Source: Pseudomonadota bacterium
Lineage (GTDB): Bacteria > Desulfobacterota > Desulfobacteria > Desulfobacterales > JAHIVH01
NCBI GenBank assembly: GCA_018816735.1
Contig: JAHIVH010000036.1
Coordinates: 20,667 to 84,666 of the forward strand
Length of the DNA stretch: 64,000 nucleotides
Direction of reading: 5' to 3'
A program made the position numbers and the translations under genes. The stretch's first letter is position 1; each line of letters begins with the position of its first letter. Shown one piece after another: positions 1 to 10,150 of the stretch. The notes under the pieces are model-generated. The model did no database searches and was not told where the DNA came from. It saw only the letters and a program-made list of their open reading frames with translations.

Positions 1-2
1 TC

Positions 3-881
3 ATGAGCCAGTGGATCAATTTCAAGCTGCTGGATAGCCTTATCGAATCCATATCCGTCATGACACCTTGCGGCTCGAATGTTGTAAAGACAGGGGGCAA
101 AATGCGGATAATGGCTGTGGCAACCTATAAGAGCGGAAAAGAGGAAATCGCAACCGATCTTATCCATTGGGAAAGTCTTGACACAGATATCGCGCACATC
201 AAAGACAATGCGCTGTTTACGAAATTCGCAGTGGCGGATCATCCCGGATGCGCGACCATCGTCGGAGGAACAGATGATATCAAGGACACTTTGGAAATCG
301 AGGTTACGGACCAGTTCTTCCGTGCATCCGATCAGGTCATTCCCGGCATCACGCCTCCTGAAAGCTACCCTTCCACTGTTGACGGAGTATGTATCGACAC
401 CTGCCTATGGGCAATGATTCATGCAAACGGATTTGATGTGACCATGGCGGAAGTCAATAAAACCGGGAAACTTCACCTTCCCGGATTCGGGCTGACCGTC
501 ATGGAAATTACGCCCGTATTGAACCATTATGATATCAACCACAACAATATCACGGTGAGGTGCCTGGATGAACGTCTTTCCTGCAATACAGAAACCTACG
601 AGGACGTATTGAGGGAAAAAGTGGTAGAAAGGGTCCAGCAGGGAATTCCCGTGATGTTCAGCCTGAAATATCTGCCGGATTATACCCCGATTGCGGCCAT
701 AGATCATTTTGTGCTGACGATCGGATATAATGAAGATACGGATGAGCTTATCTATTATGACATGAATCAGACCTATCGATCCACAGTAACCAAACTGACG
801 GACGGGTCGTTTGGATATTCGACCATCAATCTATTTGGCATCATGAATATTATCGAATTTCCGGACTTTGAGCCTATGTAA
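3..881 (+). CDS. Ig-like (Big_2-type) domain plus C39-like/papain-fold cysteine peptidase domain protein. It may be 5'-truncated by the window edge.
   Basis: The ORF is open to the left edge. The N-terminal stretch VVKTGGKMRIMAVATY...HWESLDTDIAHI resembles a Big_2 repeat. The C-terminal half has a Cys in IDTCLWAMIHANG and a His in DHFVLTIGYNED, spaced as in C39-like peptidases. Confidence 0.55.
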   Translation: MSQWINFKLLDSLIESISVMTPCGSNVVKTGGKMRIMAVATYKSGKEEIATDLIHWESLDTDIAHIKDNALFTKFAVADHPGCATIVGGTDDIKDTLEIEVTDQFFRASDQVIPGITPPESYPSTVDGVCIDTCLWAMIHANGFDVTMAEVNKTGKLHLPGFGLTVMEITPVLNHYDINHNNITVRCLDERLSCNTETYEDVLREKVVERVQQGIPVMFSLKYLPDYTPIAAIDHFVLTIGYNEDTDELIYYDMNQTYRSTVTKLTDGSFGYSTINLFGIMNIIEFPDFEPM

Positions 882-1232
882 TTTCATATGGAGAAAACAG
901 CCTGCTTCTTGCTGAAAACAAGCTGAATTTTATGACATCTCAAGAATTTTGATGGTTTCTGTTTCTATTTATGAAGAGAATATCATACATACAATGAATC
1001 ATATTGATTATTTTAAGTAAACGAATTTGAAAGTGGATTGTCATGAAAATTCACTGAAGGATATTTCCTGCATCAACGCTCACCATATATTCTAAAAACA
1101 TCAATAATATATAATATTTTCAAAATATTATGCGATATATTCATTTTTGGTATCTTATTTGCTTTTATATAGTCCCAAATTGAGGGATTGCACCGATACT
1201 GGTGAAAATTATTTATTAACTTAAGGAGATGA

Positions 1233-1481
1233 ATGATGATAAAAAAATTGGTAGTTGTCATAATGACCGGATGTTTTCTTTTATGTGGCATATCTTTCGC
1301 GGCTGAAAAAGCCTTAACAGACACCACCGAAAAAGGGATTCAAACCCAGGAATCCTTAGATGAATCGCCTGTCGCAGATGAGTCACTTTCGGCAGATCAG
1401 AATGACGAGGACGCGTCAACTGACAAAGCAACGCATATAGAACAAAAAACGCCTGCACCTGAAGAAGACACACAATCCTGA
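1233..1481 (+). CDS. Small secreted acidic protein with a signal peptide; function unknown.
   Basis: An AAGGAG RBS lies just upstream. The hydrophobic N-terminus is KKLVVVIMTGCFLLCGISFAAE, followed by a D/E/T-rich tail. A hairpin follows the stop. Confidence 0.5.
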   Translation: MMIKKLVVVIMTGCFLLCGISFAAEKALTDTTEKGIQTQESLDESPVADESLSADQNDEDASTDKATHIEQKTPAPEEDTQS

Positions 1482-1522
1482 TAGTCTGCTACCCTGCCCT
1501 TTACCTTCTGCTGTCAGGTCAT

Positions 1523-1557
1523 CAAACCAGGCCCCATCGTCTTCGGGGCCTGGTTTG
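1523..1557. terminator. Perfect 13-bp stem-loop between convergent genes; candidate bidirectional terminator.
   Basis: caaaccaggcccc / 9-nt loop / ggggcctggtttg. It sits between the stop at 1481 (+) and the stop at 1627 (-). There is no strong U-tract on either side. Confidence 0.5.
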
Positions 1558-1626
1558 GTCATAAGGGCTTCCCCTAAAAAAAATAATACGCTAACCTGAA
1601 ACAGGCTTCTCCCGATCATTCAACCG

Positions 1627-4014
1627 CTAGTTTTCTGTGGCTTTTTGATATTCAGGCGCCAAGACACCCCTATTTTCCGGGCTTATTTTTTCAGCACCAA
1701 ATGGCTTAAAAACCTTGATGAGTGCCGGAAGTACAAAAAGATCCCCTAACAATGCAGAAATCATCGTGATTGCGGATAAAAGTCCAAAGTATGCAATGGG
1801 TTTAAATGTTGACACCACAGCAACACCAAAACCAAAGAACAACACGACAGAGGTAATGGTCACAGGAGCGCCTACTGTCTTTATGGTCTCATCAATAGCG
1901 CGTTCATAATTCCGGTACTTGTTAAAAAGATATCTGAACCGGGAAAGTAAATGAATCGTATCATCCACGGCAAGACCGATAGCTATTGATGCAATGAGAA
2001 CCGTTCCCAGATCAAGGTTGATACCTATCCATCCCATGAGGCCAAAGGTTAAAAATACCGGGATAATATTTGGAATCATGGCAAGAAGAGCCAATTTCAC
2101 AGAACGGACAAGAAGCGCCAACATGAAAAGGATAGATAACAAGGCAATGCTGAATCCCTTGACCTGGCTGTCAATAAGATAATCAATCATGTTAATATAA
2201 ATGGGAATAATGCCAGATACTTCGGCCTTGACTGGTCCGGAAGAATAGAGTTCCCTGATTTTCGCTTCTATGTCCTGCGTGATGGCCTTCAGGGTATTGC
2301 TGTCGACATAATTCAACCGGCCATGAATTCTCGCTGCCGAATAATCCATGGTATCCACATAAAATTCTAGTTCTTCACTTCCCTCACCCAGAAAAAGCAA
2401 ATCTTCTATCATTAATTTCTCTTTTGGGATCGTATAATAAGCGGCATCGTTATTCTGAAAAACTTTATTCATCTCTTTAATAAAATCAATCATGGAAATT
2501 GTCTTTTGAATTTGGGAAACAGACGTCACGTATGCCTGAAGTGCTTCCATTTTTTGAAGCTGTTCCGGTTCCTTGAATATACCTGCTTCACCGGTCAGCA
2601 TGATTTCGAATGCTGTTGTGCCGGTTAAATTATTTTCAATAAATTCCGTGCTCACGCGAATGGGATGATCTTTTCTGAAATACTGCAGTTCATGGGTATT
2701 GACCTCAATTTTAACAAGTCCGGAAAGAGACACCAGAAAAACGAGTCCTGCGATGACAAGATTGATTTTCACATGTTTTTTGTTGATTTTGGCTACCCAA
2801 TCCAAAAATATTTCCAGCACTTTGTTGCCTCTTCGTCTTTTTCCGTCTGGTGCCTTTCTCTTCACCCGGCTCAATATAATAGGTACTAGTATCATATTGA
2901 TGATAAACGTAAAGAACATGGCGATTGAAGCATAAATGCCAAACTCCTGAATCACTTTCATATTGGAAACTGTCATGGAAGCAAAGCCTACTGCAGTGGT
3001 AAGGCTTGTAAACAGGCAGGGGATGAACACCACCAGCCATGCTCTTTTGGAAGCCCTTGGGGAATCGCCTGTCTTCTCATACTGCGCTTTATATTCAGCT
3101 ATAAAATGAATGGTATCTGCAATGCCGATGACAAGAATCAATGTAGCGAGAATGGCATTCACCATATTAAACGTGGAGCCAAAGAGGGGCAGCAATCCAT
3201 GGGTCCAGATGCATGCCATGATGATCACAGAAAAAGAAATGAAGATATAGATGAATCGTCCATGGATCAAATACAAAAGGAATACAACTATAAATGTTGA
3301 CAGGCTGTATTCCCATACCGCATCATCTGTACTTGCTTTATCCTCAAGACCTATTAAAATAGATACTCCTGCCGCATGGAACGAGTATTTGCCATTTTCA
3401 CTTTCTTCTGAAAGAAGTTTAAAAAGTTTATCAGTAAGCTCCCGCTGATAGTTTTTGCCTTTTTCCTGTTTTTTAACTTTTAAAATAATGGCTGTAACCG
3501 TTCCATCAGCTGAAATCAGATTGTCCCGAAACAGGGGGCTATTGATGGCAATCTCCTTGATTGCTCTGATTTCCTGGTCAGTTTCAGGGATTTCAGGCAT
3601 CAACTCATTAAAAACGATTTCGTCATTTTCACTGGCAACATTTTCTGTATTTGTAAGTGAAATCACTTGAAGAATATAGGGAAGTGTTTTCAGTTTTTCA
3701 GTCAGGTCTGAAATTTTATGAAGGATGGAAGGCGTAAAAATATCCTTTGACTTAAAGGCAATGATCACAAAATCGTCATCTCCAAACTGTTCATTAAATT
3801 TCAGGTAACTTTGGTAAGCAGGGTCTGTTTCATTGACCCAAACCTCCATGGAGTTATCTATTCTTAATCCTGGCAATATCCTTTTCCCATTAATCGAAAT
3901 ACCGGTCAGGCAAAGAAAAAAACCAGTCGTAATCAAAAACAGAATGACAAGATAAAAAATACGGTTTTTAAGAATACTGTCAATAACTCGTTCAGACTTC
4001 ATCATATTCTCCAA
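1627..4014 (-). CDS. RND-superfamily exporter with MMPL/SSD-type domains (HpnN-like architecture).
   Basis: 795 aa. It has two blocks of about six TM helices, each preceded by a large hydrophilic loop. This is the typical MMPL/RND layout. Confidence 0.85.
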   Translation of the reverse strand: MENMMKSERVIDSILKNRIFYLVILFLITTGFFLCLTGISINGKRILPGLRIDNSMEVWVNETDPAYQSYLKFNEQFGDDDFVIIAFKSKDIFTPSILHKISDLTEKLKTLPYILQVISLTNTENVASENDEIVFNELMPEIPETDQEIRAIKEIAINSPLFRDNLISADGTVTAIILKVKKQEKGKNYQRELTDKLFKLLSEESENGKYSFHAAGVSILIGLEDKASTDDAVWEYSLSTFIVVFLLYLIHGRFIYIFISFSVIIMACIWTHGLLPLFGSTFNMVNAILATLILVIGIADTIHFIAEYKAQYEKTGDSPRASKRAWLVVFIPCLFTSLTTAVGFASMTVSNMKVIQEFGIYASIAMFFTFIINMILVPIILSRVKRKAPDGKRRRGNKVLEIFLDWVAKINKKHVKINLVIAGLVFLVSLSGLVKIEVNTHELQYFRKDHPIRVSTEFIENNLTGTTAFEIMLTGEAGIFKEPEQLQKMEALQAYVTSVSQIQKTISMIDFIKEMNKVFQNNDAAYYTIPKEKLMIEDLLFLGEGSEELEFYVDTMDYSAARIHGRLNYVDSNTLKAITQDIEAKIRELYSSGPVKAEVSGIIPIYINMIDYLIDSQVKGFSIALLSILFMLALLVRSVKLALLAMIPNIIPVFLTFGLMGWIGINLDLGTVLIASIAIGLAVDDTIHLLSRFRYLFNKYRNYERAIDETIKTVGAPVTITSVVLFFGFGVAVVSTFKPIAYFGLLSAITMISALLGDLFVLPALIKVFKPFGAEKISPENRGVLAPEYQKATEN

Positions 4015-4360
4015 ATTTTTTGTCTGCTTTATTTTTATGAAGGGGGAAGCATGAGTGATGAGATAAACCAGACACCACAGAGCTGGCTTGTATGATATTC
4101 AAGAAAAATAGGAAAAGTCAAGTATCCTCTTTTAATGTTTTTCTTACGATTGACCAGACAAACCCAGGGGTTCAGTCAGGCAAATAGCATTCCGGATCAT
4201 CGTAAAAATGAATATTGCATTATAATTCAATTATGTTAAATTTTATTTCCAGATCATCCCATTTAGGATTATGAAATAAAATGAAGCTTGTCGAAAATTT
4301 CGACAGGCATACAGGGTTGCCGGTATATCCGTGAAATCCAATTATTGATAAGGACACGCC

Positions 4361-4741
4361 ATGCGGAAAATAATGATCTCAATGTTCATCACCATGGCCA
4401 TGCTGAGTTGCGGCTCACAGGAAGAAACCATGGATAATTCCGGTAATCCGTCCGGCAGCGTTCAATCCACGGCATCCAGCTATACGATAGTTGAATATTA
4501 TGCAACCTGGTGCGGATATTGTTCTCAATTTGCTCCTGTTCTGGATAAATTTGAAGACAGTAACCCGGATATATCCGTTGTCAGAAAAGATATCGATTCT
4601 TATCCGGCTGAAGTTGAAAAGAACAGTATCTTCAGTGTGCCGACTCTTATTTTTTACGATAACAATGCAGAAGTCGCCAGAAACTCAGGTTATATGTCTC
4701 TGGATATTCTTCAGGACTGGGTAGACGGTATGACTGATTAA
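4361..4741 (+). CDS. Thioredoxin-fold protein with a CxxC motif; probable exported protein or lipoprotein.
   Basis: AAGGA RBS. The signal-like N-terminus ends in LSCGS. WCGYC active-site motif and a downstream cis-Pro context (FSVPTLIFY). Confidence 0.8.
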   Translation: MRKIMISMFITMAMLSCGSQEETMDNSGNPSGSVQSTASSYTIVEYYATWCGYCSQFAPVLDKFEDSNPDISVVRKDIDSYPAEVEKNSIFSVPTLIFYDNNAEVARNSGYMSLDILQDWVDGMTD

Positions 4742-4769
4742 CCCTTATTTGGACGGAGGAAAAAAACAC

Positions 4770-6116
4770 ATGACTGTCATACCGTTTACAAAAGACTTCC
4801 TCTGGGGAGGATCCACATCAGCCTATCAGGTGGAAGGCGCCGCTGGTGGTGGTGGCAAAGGAGAATCCATATGGGATCGATTCTGCAGGAAACCCGGCAC
4901 TATAAAGGATGGCACAAACGGTGACGTGACCTGCAATTTCTATCAGATGTTCAGGGATGATATTTCTCTCATGAAAACCCTTAACCTGAATGCCTTTCGT
5001 TTTTCCATATCATGGTCTCGCATTCTGCCTTCTGGAAAAGGGAAGGTCAATCAGGATGGCATTGATTTTTACAAAAAAATGACAGACCGCCTCCTCTCTC
5101 AGGGCATAAAACCTGTTGCGACACTTTATCACTGGGATATGCCCCAGGCGGTTGAAGACAAGGGGGGATGGAGAAACAGAGACACCGCATTCCGGTTCAG
5201 CGAATATACGGCCATGGTCTCAGGGCTTCTGGGGGAAAGAGTTAACATGTATATCACGCTTAATGAACCGGGCATGTTTTCCACATTAGGGTATATCCTG
5301 GGTGTCCATGCGCCTGGCATCAAGGATCCGGCATGTTTTATGGAAATGTCTCACACCATCAATCTTGCCCATGGACACGCCGTCTCGGCTATCCGGTCAG
5401 AAGCGAGCCACGCAGCCGTTGGACTGGCCTTTCAGGCACCTCCCATTTATCCTGCCACAGATACGGAAAAAGACCAAGAAGCAGCCCGGATAACAGATTG
5501 CTTTATTAACAGATGGTGGGTAGAACCTGTGCTGCTGGGCAGATACCCTTCTGAACTTCTTGCAACAATCGCCCCTTTGATTGAGACAGATGAAAAGGAT
5601 ATGACGGTTATTTCACAGCCAATAGATTTTGTGGGGCTAAATATTTATACAAGGCTCTTTGCCCGTCATGATACCTCGGTACCCAAATTTCAGGCAGCCA
5701 TTGATCCCCACTATCGTGTAAAAGGAAGCCGGTATACCGAAAACGGATGGGAAGTATATCCGGAGGTCATGTGTGAAAGCATTCTTCGATTCAAAAACCA
5801 GTGGAAAAACCCGGTTATCTATATCACTGAAAACGGGTGTGCCCTGAATGACATCAATAAAGATGGAGAGATCAATGATTCCCTCCGAATTGATTTTTAT
5901 AAGGCCTATCTTGACAACCTGAAACAATCGATGCATCAGGGGGCCCCGGTCAAGGGTTTCTTTGCGAGAAGCCTGTTGGATGGTTTTGAATGGGAGGAAG
6001 GGTATCAAAAACGATTCGGATTGATTCATGTTGATTTTAAGACTTTGAAAAGAACCCTGAAATACAGTGCCATATGGTTCAAGGAAATGATCGAATCCGG
6101 GGGGCAGGCGCGATGA
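4770..6116 (+). CDS. Glycoside hydrolase family 1 beta-glucosidase.
   Basis: GH1 signatures FLWGGSTSAYQVEGA, TLNEP (acid/base Glu) and ITENG (nucleophile Glu). I prefer the ATG at 4770, preceded by GGAGGA, over the TTG at 4749 used by the ORF track. Confidence 0.92.
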   Translation: MTVIPFTKDFLWGGSTSAYQVEGAAGGGGKGESIWDRFCRKPGTIKDGTNGDVTCNFYQMFRDDISLMKTLNLNAFRFSISWSRILPSGKGKVNQDGIDFYKKMTDRLLSQGIKPVATLYHWDMPQAVEDKGGWRNRDTAFRFSEYTAMVSGLLGERVNMYITLNEPGMFSTLGYILGVHAPGIKDPACFMEMSHTINLAHGHAVSAIRSEASHAAVGLAFQAPPIYPATDTEKDQEAARITDCFINRWWVEPVLLGRYPSELLATIAPLIETDEKDMTVISQPIDFVGLNIYTRLFARHDTSVPKFQAAIDPHYRVKGSRYTENGWEVYPEVMCESILRFKNQWKNPVIYITENGCALNDINKDGEINDSLRIDFYKAYLDNLKQSMHQGAPVKGFFARSLLDGFEWEEGYQKRFGLIHVDFKTLKRTLKYSAIWFKEMIESGGQAR

Positions 6117-6221
6117 TACATTCAGGGAAAACCACCTTTTCGCTATACAACTCTCGATAGAGTATGATATTTAACTATCCGTCTTTCAATCTGGAAATCG
6201 CTACAATATAAAGGAAAAGGG

Positions 6222-7157
6222 ATGAGCGGCATTGGCGTGATCTTTAATCCCCGGGCGGGGAAAAACCGGAAAAATCATAATAAGCTTTTAAAATTAGAAG
6301 ATATATTAAATGGATGCGGCATTGTAAGAGAAACAAAAACTGAAGAAGAACTCACTCAGGCCGTTCTTGAATTCAAGGAAAATAAATTTGATCTCATTGC
6401 CATAAGTGGCGGTGATGGAACAATTCATCGGGTTCTTTCAAACGTCATCACTCATTATGGGGACGCCCCTCTTCCCCGGTTTATGGCCCTCAGAAGTGGC
6501 ACCATGAATACCTTTACCAACTCTGTCAAGTTCAAAGGAAAATCCGCAGATATTCTTTCAAAAACGGTTTTGCACTATCAAACCGGCCAGGCATTCAGAG
6601 AAATCCATCAGCATTTGATGAAAGTGAATGACAAGTATGGGTTTATGACCGGCGCCGGTGTGGTTTCCAATTTCTTGAACACCTACTACTCAAGCGGAAA
6701 TCCCGGTCCGGTTGAGGCTGCGAAAATGGTCACACGAATTATTCTGAGCACCATTTTCCGAACCCGCTTTGCAACGGACCTCTTCAACCAGACCAGATTT
6801 AAGGTGACAATTGATGGCGCGCAAGTTGAACAGGAATCGTTTATGTTCATCCTGGGATGCACGATTACAGAATTGGGTTTGGGTTTTACCCCTACTCCCC
6901 GGGCTTATGAAAAACCCGGACACTTTCACTTTATCGCATCAACTATAAAACCGTTTCAACTCTTGCCCAAGGTGCCGGCATTGTGGCTGGGAAAAAGCAT
7001 ATCGCACCCGGAGTTTCAGCATAACGGGATTGCAGAAGAAGTTATTGTTGAACCGGAAGGGAAATTTCAATGGATGATTGACGGGGATCTCTATATGACC
7101 GAAACCCCGCTTCACCTGTCTGTGGGACCGACGATTACGGTTATCTCGCCGGACTGA
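6222..7157 (+). CDS. Diacylglycerol/lipid kinase catalytic-domain protein (YegS/BmrU-like).
   Basis: GVIFNPRAGK at the N-terminus and the ISGGDGTI nucleotide-binding motif of the DAGK_cat / NAD-kinase-like fold. Confidence 0.8.
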   Translation: MSGIGVIFNPRAGKNRKNHNKLLKLEDILNGCGIVRETKTEEELTQAVLEFKENKFDLIAISGGDGTIHRVLSNVITHYGDAPLPRFMALRSGTMNTFTNSVKFKGKSADILSKTVLHYQTGQAFREIHQHLMKVNDKYGFMTGAGVVSNFLNTYYSSGNPGPVEAAKMVTRIILSTIFRTRFATDLFNQTRFKVTIDGAQVEQESFMFILGCTITELGLGFTPTPRAYEKPGHFHFIASTIKPFQLLPKVPALWLGKSISHPEFQHNGIAEEVIVEPEGKFQWMIDGDLYMTETPLHLSVGPTITVISPD

Positions 7158-7169
7158 AACATATGACGG

Positions 7170-8081
7170 CTATCGGGATGGATCATACCTGTAGTCTGCA
7201 TAGATACTGTTTCCGATAAAATGATTCATCATTTCATCCAGGGATGAATCTGACAAATATCGCAGCAAGGACAGTTTGTTTTCCTTAATATATACGGCAG
7301 ATACGTCTCCCTCGATGCCACCCAGCCGGCCGGCCCATTCGATGGCGTCTTCAAGGTTGCCCATCCGGTCTATCAGACCCAGCTCAAGGGCTTCTTCACC
7401 TGAATAGATACGGCCATCTGCGAGTTCACCCATTTTTACCAGGTCCATATTTCTTCCCTTGGCCACGTCATTGACAAACTGCTGATGAACCTTATCCACA
7501 AATCCCTGAAGAATCTGTTTTTCCTTTTCCGTCATGTCTCTTACAGGAGATCCCATATCCTTGAATTCGCCACTTTTGATCACCACAGGAAGAAGTCCTA
7601 TTTTTTCAAAAATCTCCTTGAAATTGGTATACCCCATGATCACACCAATACTTCCCGTAATGGTTCCTGGATTGGCCATAATACCGTCGGTGGCCGATGC
7701 GGCATAGTATCCGCCAGAGGCTGCCACAGATCCCATGGAAGCGATAATGATTTTTTTCATCTCTTTTGTTTTTTCGATTTCCCTGTATATCTCCTGGGAA
7801 GGGCCGACACCTCCCCCAGGGGAGTCGATTCTTAAAACAATGGCTTTAACGGCCTTGTCTTCCCTGAATGTTTTAATATCCCGGATGACTTTTTTGGCAT
7901 CGGAAATAACGCCGATCAGTTCCACGACCCCGACCCTCTCACCGGGTACGCCATTATAAACCTCATAGTCTGCACCTTTTGACCCGAACGTGAAGAGAAG
8001 GGATATCAGGGTCACCGATACAGCGCAAATGGAGAGTGAAACAAGCATAAAAAAAAGATAAGGATGTCTTCTAGAAAACAT
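7170..8081 (-). CDS. sppA: Signal peptide peptidase SppA, 36K type (S49 family).
   Basis: An N-terminal TM helix, then the S49 core with SPGG and ASGGYY motifs. Confidence 0.9.
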   Translation of the reverse strand: MFSRRHPYLFFMLVSLSICAVSVTLISLLFTFGSKGADYEVYNGVPGERVGVVELIGVISDAKKVIRDIKTFREDKAVKAIVLRIDSPGGGVGPSQEIYREIEKTKEMKKIIIASMGSVAASGGYYAASATDGIMANPGTITGSIGVIMGYTNFKEIFEKIGLLPVVIKSGEFKDMGSPVRDMTEKEKQILQGFVDKVHQQFVNDVAKGRNMDLVKMGELADGRIYSGEEALELGLIDRMGNLEDAIEWAGRLGGIEGDVSAVYIKENKLSLLRYLSDSSLDEMMNHFIGNSIYADYRYDPSR

Positions 8082-8223
8082 GGGGATTGTCTCAATATTT
8101 TTTAGGGGAGTTTAAAAGAAGAGCCAGCAATGAAAAAATGCTTTGTGATAACGTTTAACACTGCTGACTCTTTATAATGCCATTTATAAAAAAGAAGATA
8201 ATGAACTTCATTATGCATCTTTC

Positions 8224-10032
8224 CTATTCTTCCTGATCTTCCTTGATCTTGTCCTGAAGGTTTTCTCTTAGGATTTCACCGAATGATGATGTTGCAGGTC
8301 CCATCTTGTTGACATATTCTGCAAGAATCGCCTTGTCATCATCCATATCCAGACGTTTGATCGAGAGACCGATTCTGCGCTCATCACTGTTGATATTCAT
8401 TACCTTTGCGGTAATGGCATCACCAATATTGTACATGCCGACAGGCGTTTTAATTTTTTCTTTGCTGATTTCCGAGACATGAATCAATCCCTCAATGCCT
8501 TCTTCAAGCTCAACAAAAACACCGAAATCGGTTATATTGGTAATATTGCCTGTTATCTCTTTTCCGGGAGCATACCGTTCGGCAACACTTTTCCATGGAT
8601 CCGGATGAATTTGTTTGATACCGAGTGAGAATCGTTCACTGTCCTTGTCAATATCCAGGACAACAGCCTGAACCGTATCCCCTTTCTTGTAAACTTCTGA
8701 AGGGTGTTTGATCCGTTTGGTCCAGGAAATATCAGAAATATGAACCAGACCGTCTATATCGTCATCAATACCGATAAACAGACCAAAGTCCGTAATATTT
8801 TTAATTTTACCCTCTATTACCGTACCGATCGGATATTTTTCACTGATGACTTCCCATGGATTATCCACAATCTGTTTCATACCAAGAGAAATGCGCCTGT
8901 TTTCCGGTTTGAGATCAAGGACAACCGCATCAACCACCTCACCCACAGATACAATTTTGGATGGATGGCGAACTTTTCTTGTCCAGGACATTTCAGATAC
9001 GTGAATCAAACCTTCAATACCTTCTTCCAATTCGACAAAGGCACCATAATCGGTCAGGCTGACCACTTTTCCGGAAACATGGGAACCCACAGGATATTTT
9101 TCTGTGGCAATAGACCACGGATCCGGAGTCAATTGTTTCATACCCAGTGAAACTCTTTCATTTTGAAGATCATAGGAAAGGATCTTCACCGTGATTTTGT
9201 CTCCCACAGAGAACATCTCGGATGGGTGTTTAACACGTCCCCAGGAAATATCTGTGATATGAAGGAGACCGTCAACACCACCCAGATCGGCGAATACGCC
9301 ATATTCCGTGATATTTTTGACGATGCCTTCCATGACTTTTCCTTCTTCCATGGCAGCAAGTGTAGCGGATCGTGTATCTTCTCTTTCCTGCTCGAGAATC
9401 GCGCGCCTTGAAAGAACGATATTGCTTCGTTTTCGGTTGTATTTCAATACCTTGAACTTGTATTTTTTACCGACCATTTCATCAAGGTTTCGGATAGGTC
9501 TCAAATCTGCCTGAGAGCCGGGTAAAAATGCCTGAAGCCCGACATCTACAGAGAATCCACCTTTTACGCGGCTTGTGATTTCACCTTCCACAATACCATC
9601 TGCATCATGAATCTCTTTAATGGATTCCCAGACTTTGATTTTTGCAGCTTTTTCCTTGGACAGGACGACACTTTCCTCCTCCTCGTCCCAGACTTCGACC
9701 ATGACCTCGACTTTGTCACCGATGTTGACATTGATTGTGCCATCGTCTTCACGGAATTCCTCAATCGGAATCTGCCCTTCTGACTTGTAACCGACATCAA
9801 CAAGAACAAAGTCCTTATCGACTGAAATAATTCTGCCTTTTACAAGTTCACCTTCACCAAAGCGCTGGAAACTTTCATCATAAAGTTGCATGAGTTCATC
9901 CATGCCGACTTCTCCATCTATGGAGTCATCATTGGATACATCCTCATCATTTTGATCTTGCAAGATGTCTATGTCTGATGTGACACCTTTTTTCAATTTT
10001 TGTTTTTCATCGTTCACTACAGTGTTTTCCAT
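8224..10032 (-). CDS. rpsA: 30S ribosomal protein S1.
   Basis: Six tandem S1 OB-fold repeats (G..V.G.V..I...G.FV.L). Conserved cmk-rpsA synteny. The N-terminal leader of about 50 aa is acidic. Confidence 0.95.
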   Translation of the reverse strand: MENTVVNDEKQKLKKGVTSDIDILQDQNDEDVSNDDSIDGEVGMDELMQLYDESFQRFGEGELVKGRIISVDKDFVLVDVGYKSEGQIPIEEFREDDGTINVNIGDKVEVMVEVWDEEEESVVLSKEKAAKIKVWESIKEIHDADGIVEGEITSRVKGGFSVDVGLQAFLPGSQADLRPIRNLDEMVGKKYKFKVLKYNRKRSNIVLSRRAILEQEREDTRSATLAAMEEGKVMEGIVKNITEYGVFADLGGVDGLLHITDISWGRVKHPSEMFSVGDKITVKILSYDLQNERVSLGMKQLTPDPWSIATEKYPVGSHVSGKVVSLTDYGAFVELEEGIEGLIHVSEMSWTRKVRHPSKIVSVGEVVDAVVLDLKPENRRISLGMKQIVDNPWEVISEKYPIGTVIEGKIKNITDFGLFIGIDDDIDGLVHISDISWTKRIKHPSEVYKKGDTVQAVVLDIDKDSERFSLGIKQIHPDPWKSVAERYAPGKEITGNITNITDFGVFVELEEGIEGLIHVSEISKEKIKTPVGMYNIGDAITAKVMNINSDERRIGLSIKRLDMDDDKAILAEYVNKMGPATSSFGEILRENLQDKIKEDQEE

Positions 10033-10150
10033 TAATATTAGTTCCCCCTAAACGTATTTTATGTCCCCAGATTCACCAGGGTAGCATAACTTGTCACTAT
10101 TATCAGACAGTACACCAAAAGACAATGATATTTTTATTTAAATTTGCTTT

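Noticed and set aside
1113-1129. An 8-1-8 palindrome, AATATTTTCAAAATATT, upstream of the small secreted protein gene.
   Set aside because: It is made almost entirely of A/T in a very AT-rich spacer. Such dyads are expected by chance, and I found no second copy.
4049-4093. A 14-codon mini-ORF (MSDEINQTPQSWLV) with a GGGGGA RBS in the 4015-4360 spacer, considered as a leader peptide.
   Set aside because: It has no regulatory-codon bias and no alternative hairpins overlapping it. It is also 270 bp away from the downstream gene.
8120-8171. An imperfect 13-bp inverted repeat downstream of rpsA, considered as a terminator.
   Set aside because: It has two mismatches or wobbles and a 26-nt loop, which is atypical for an intrinsic terminator. 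I left it uncalled.
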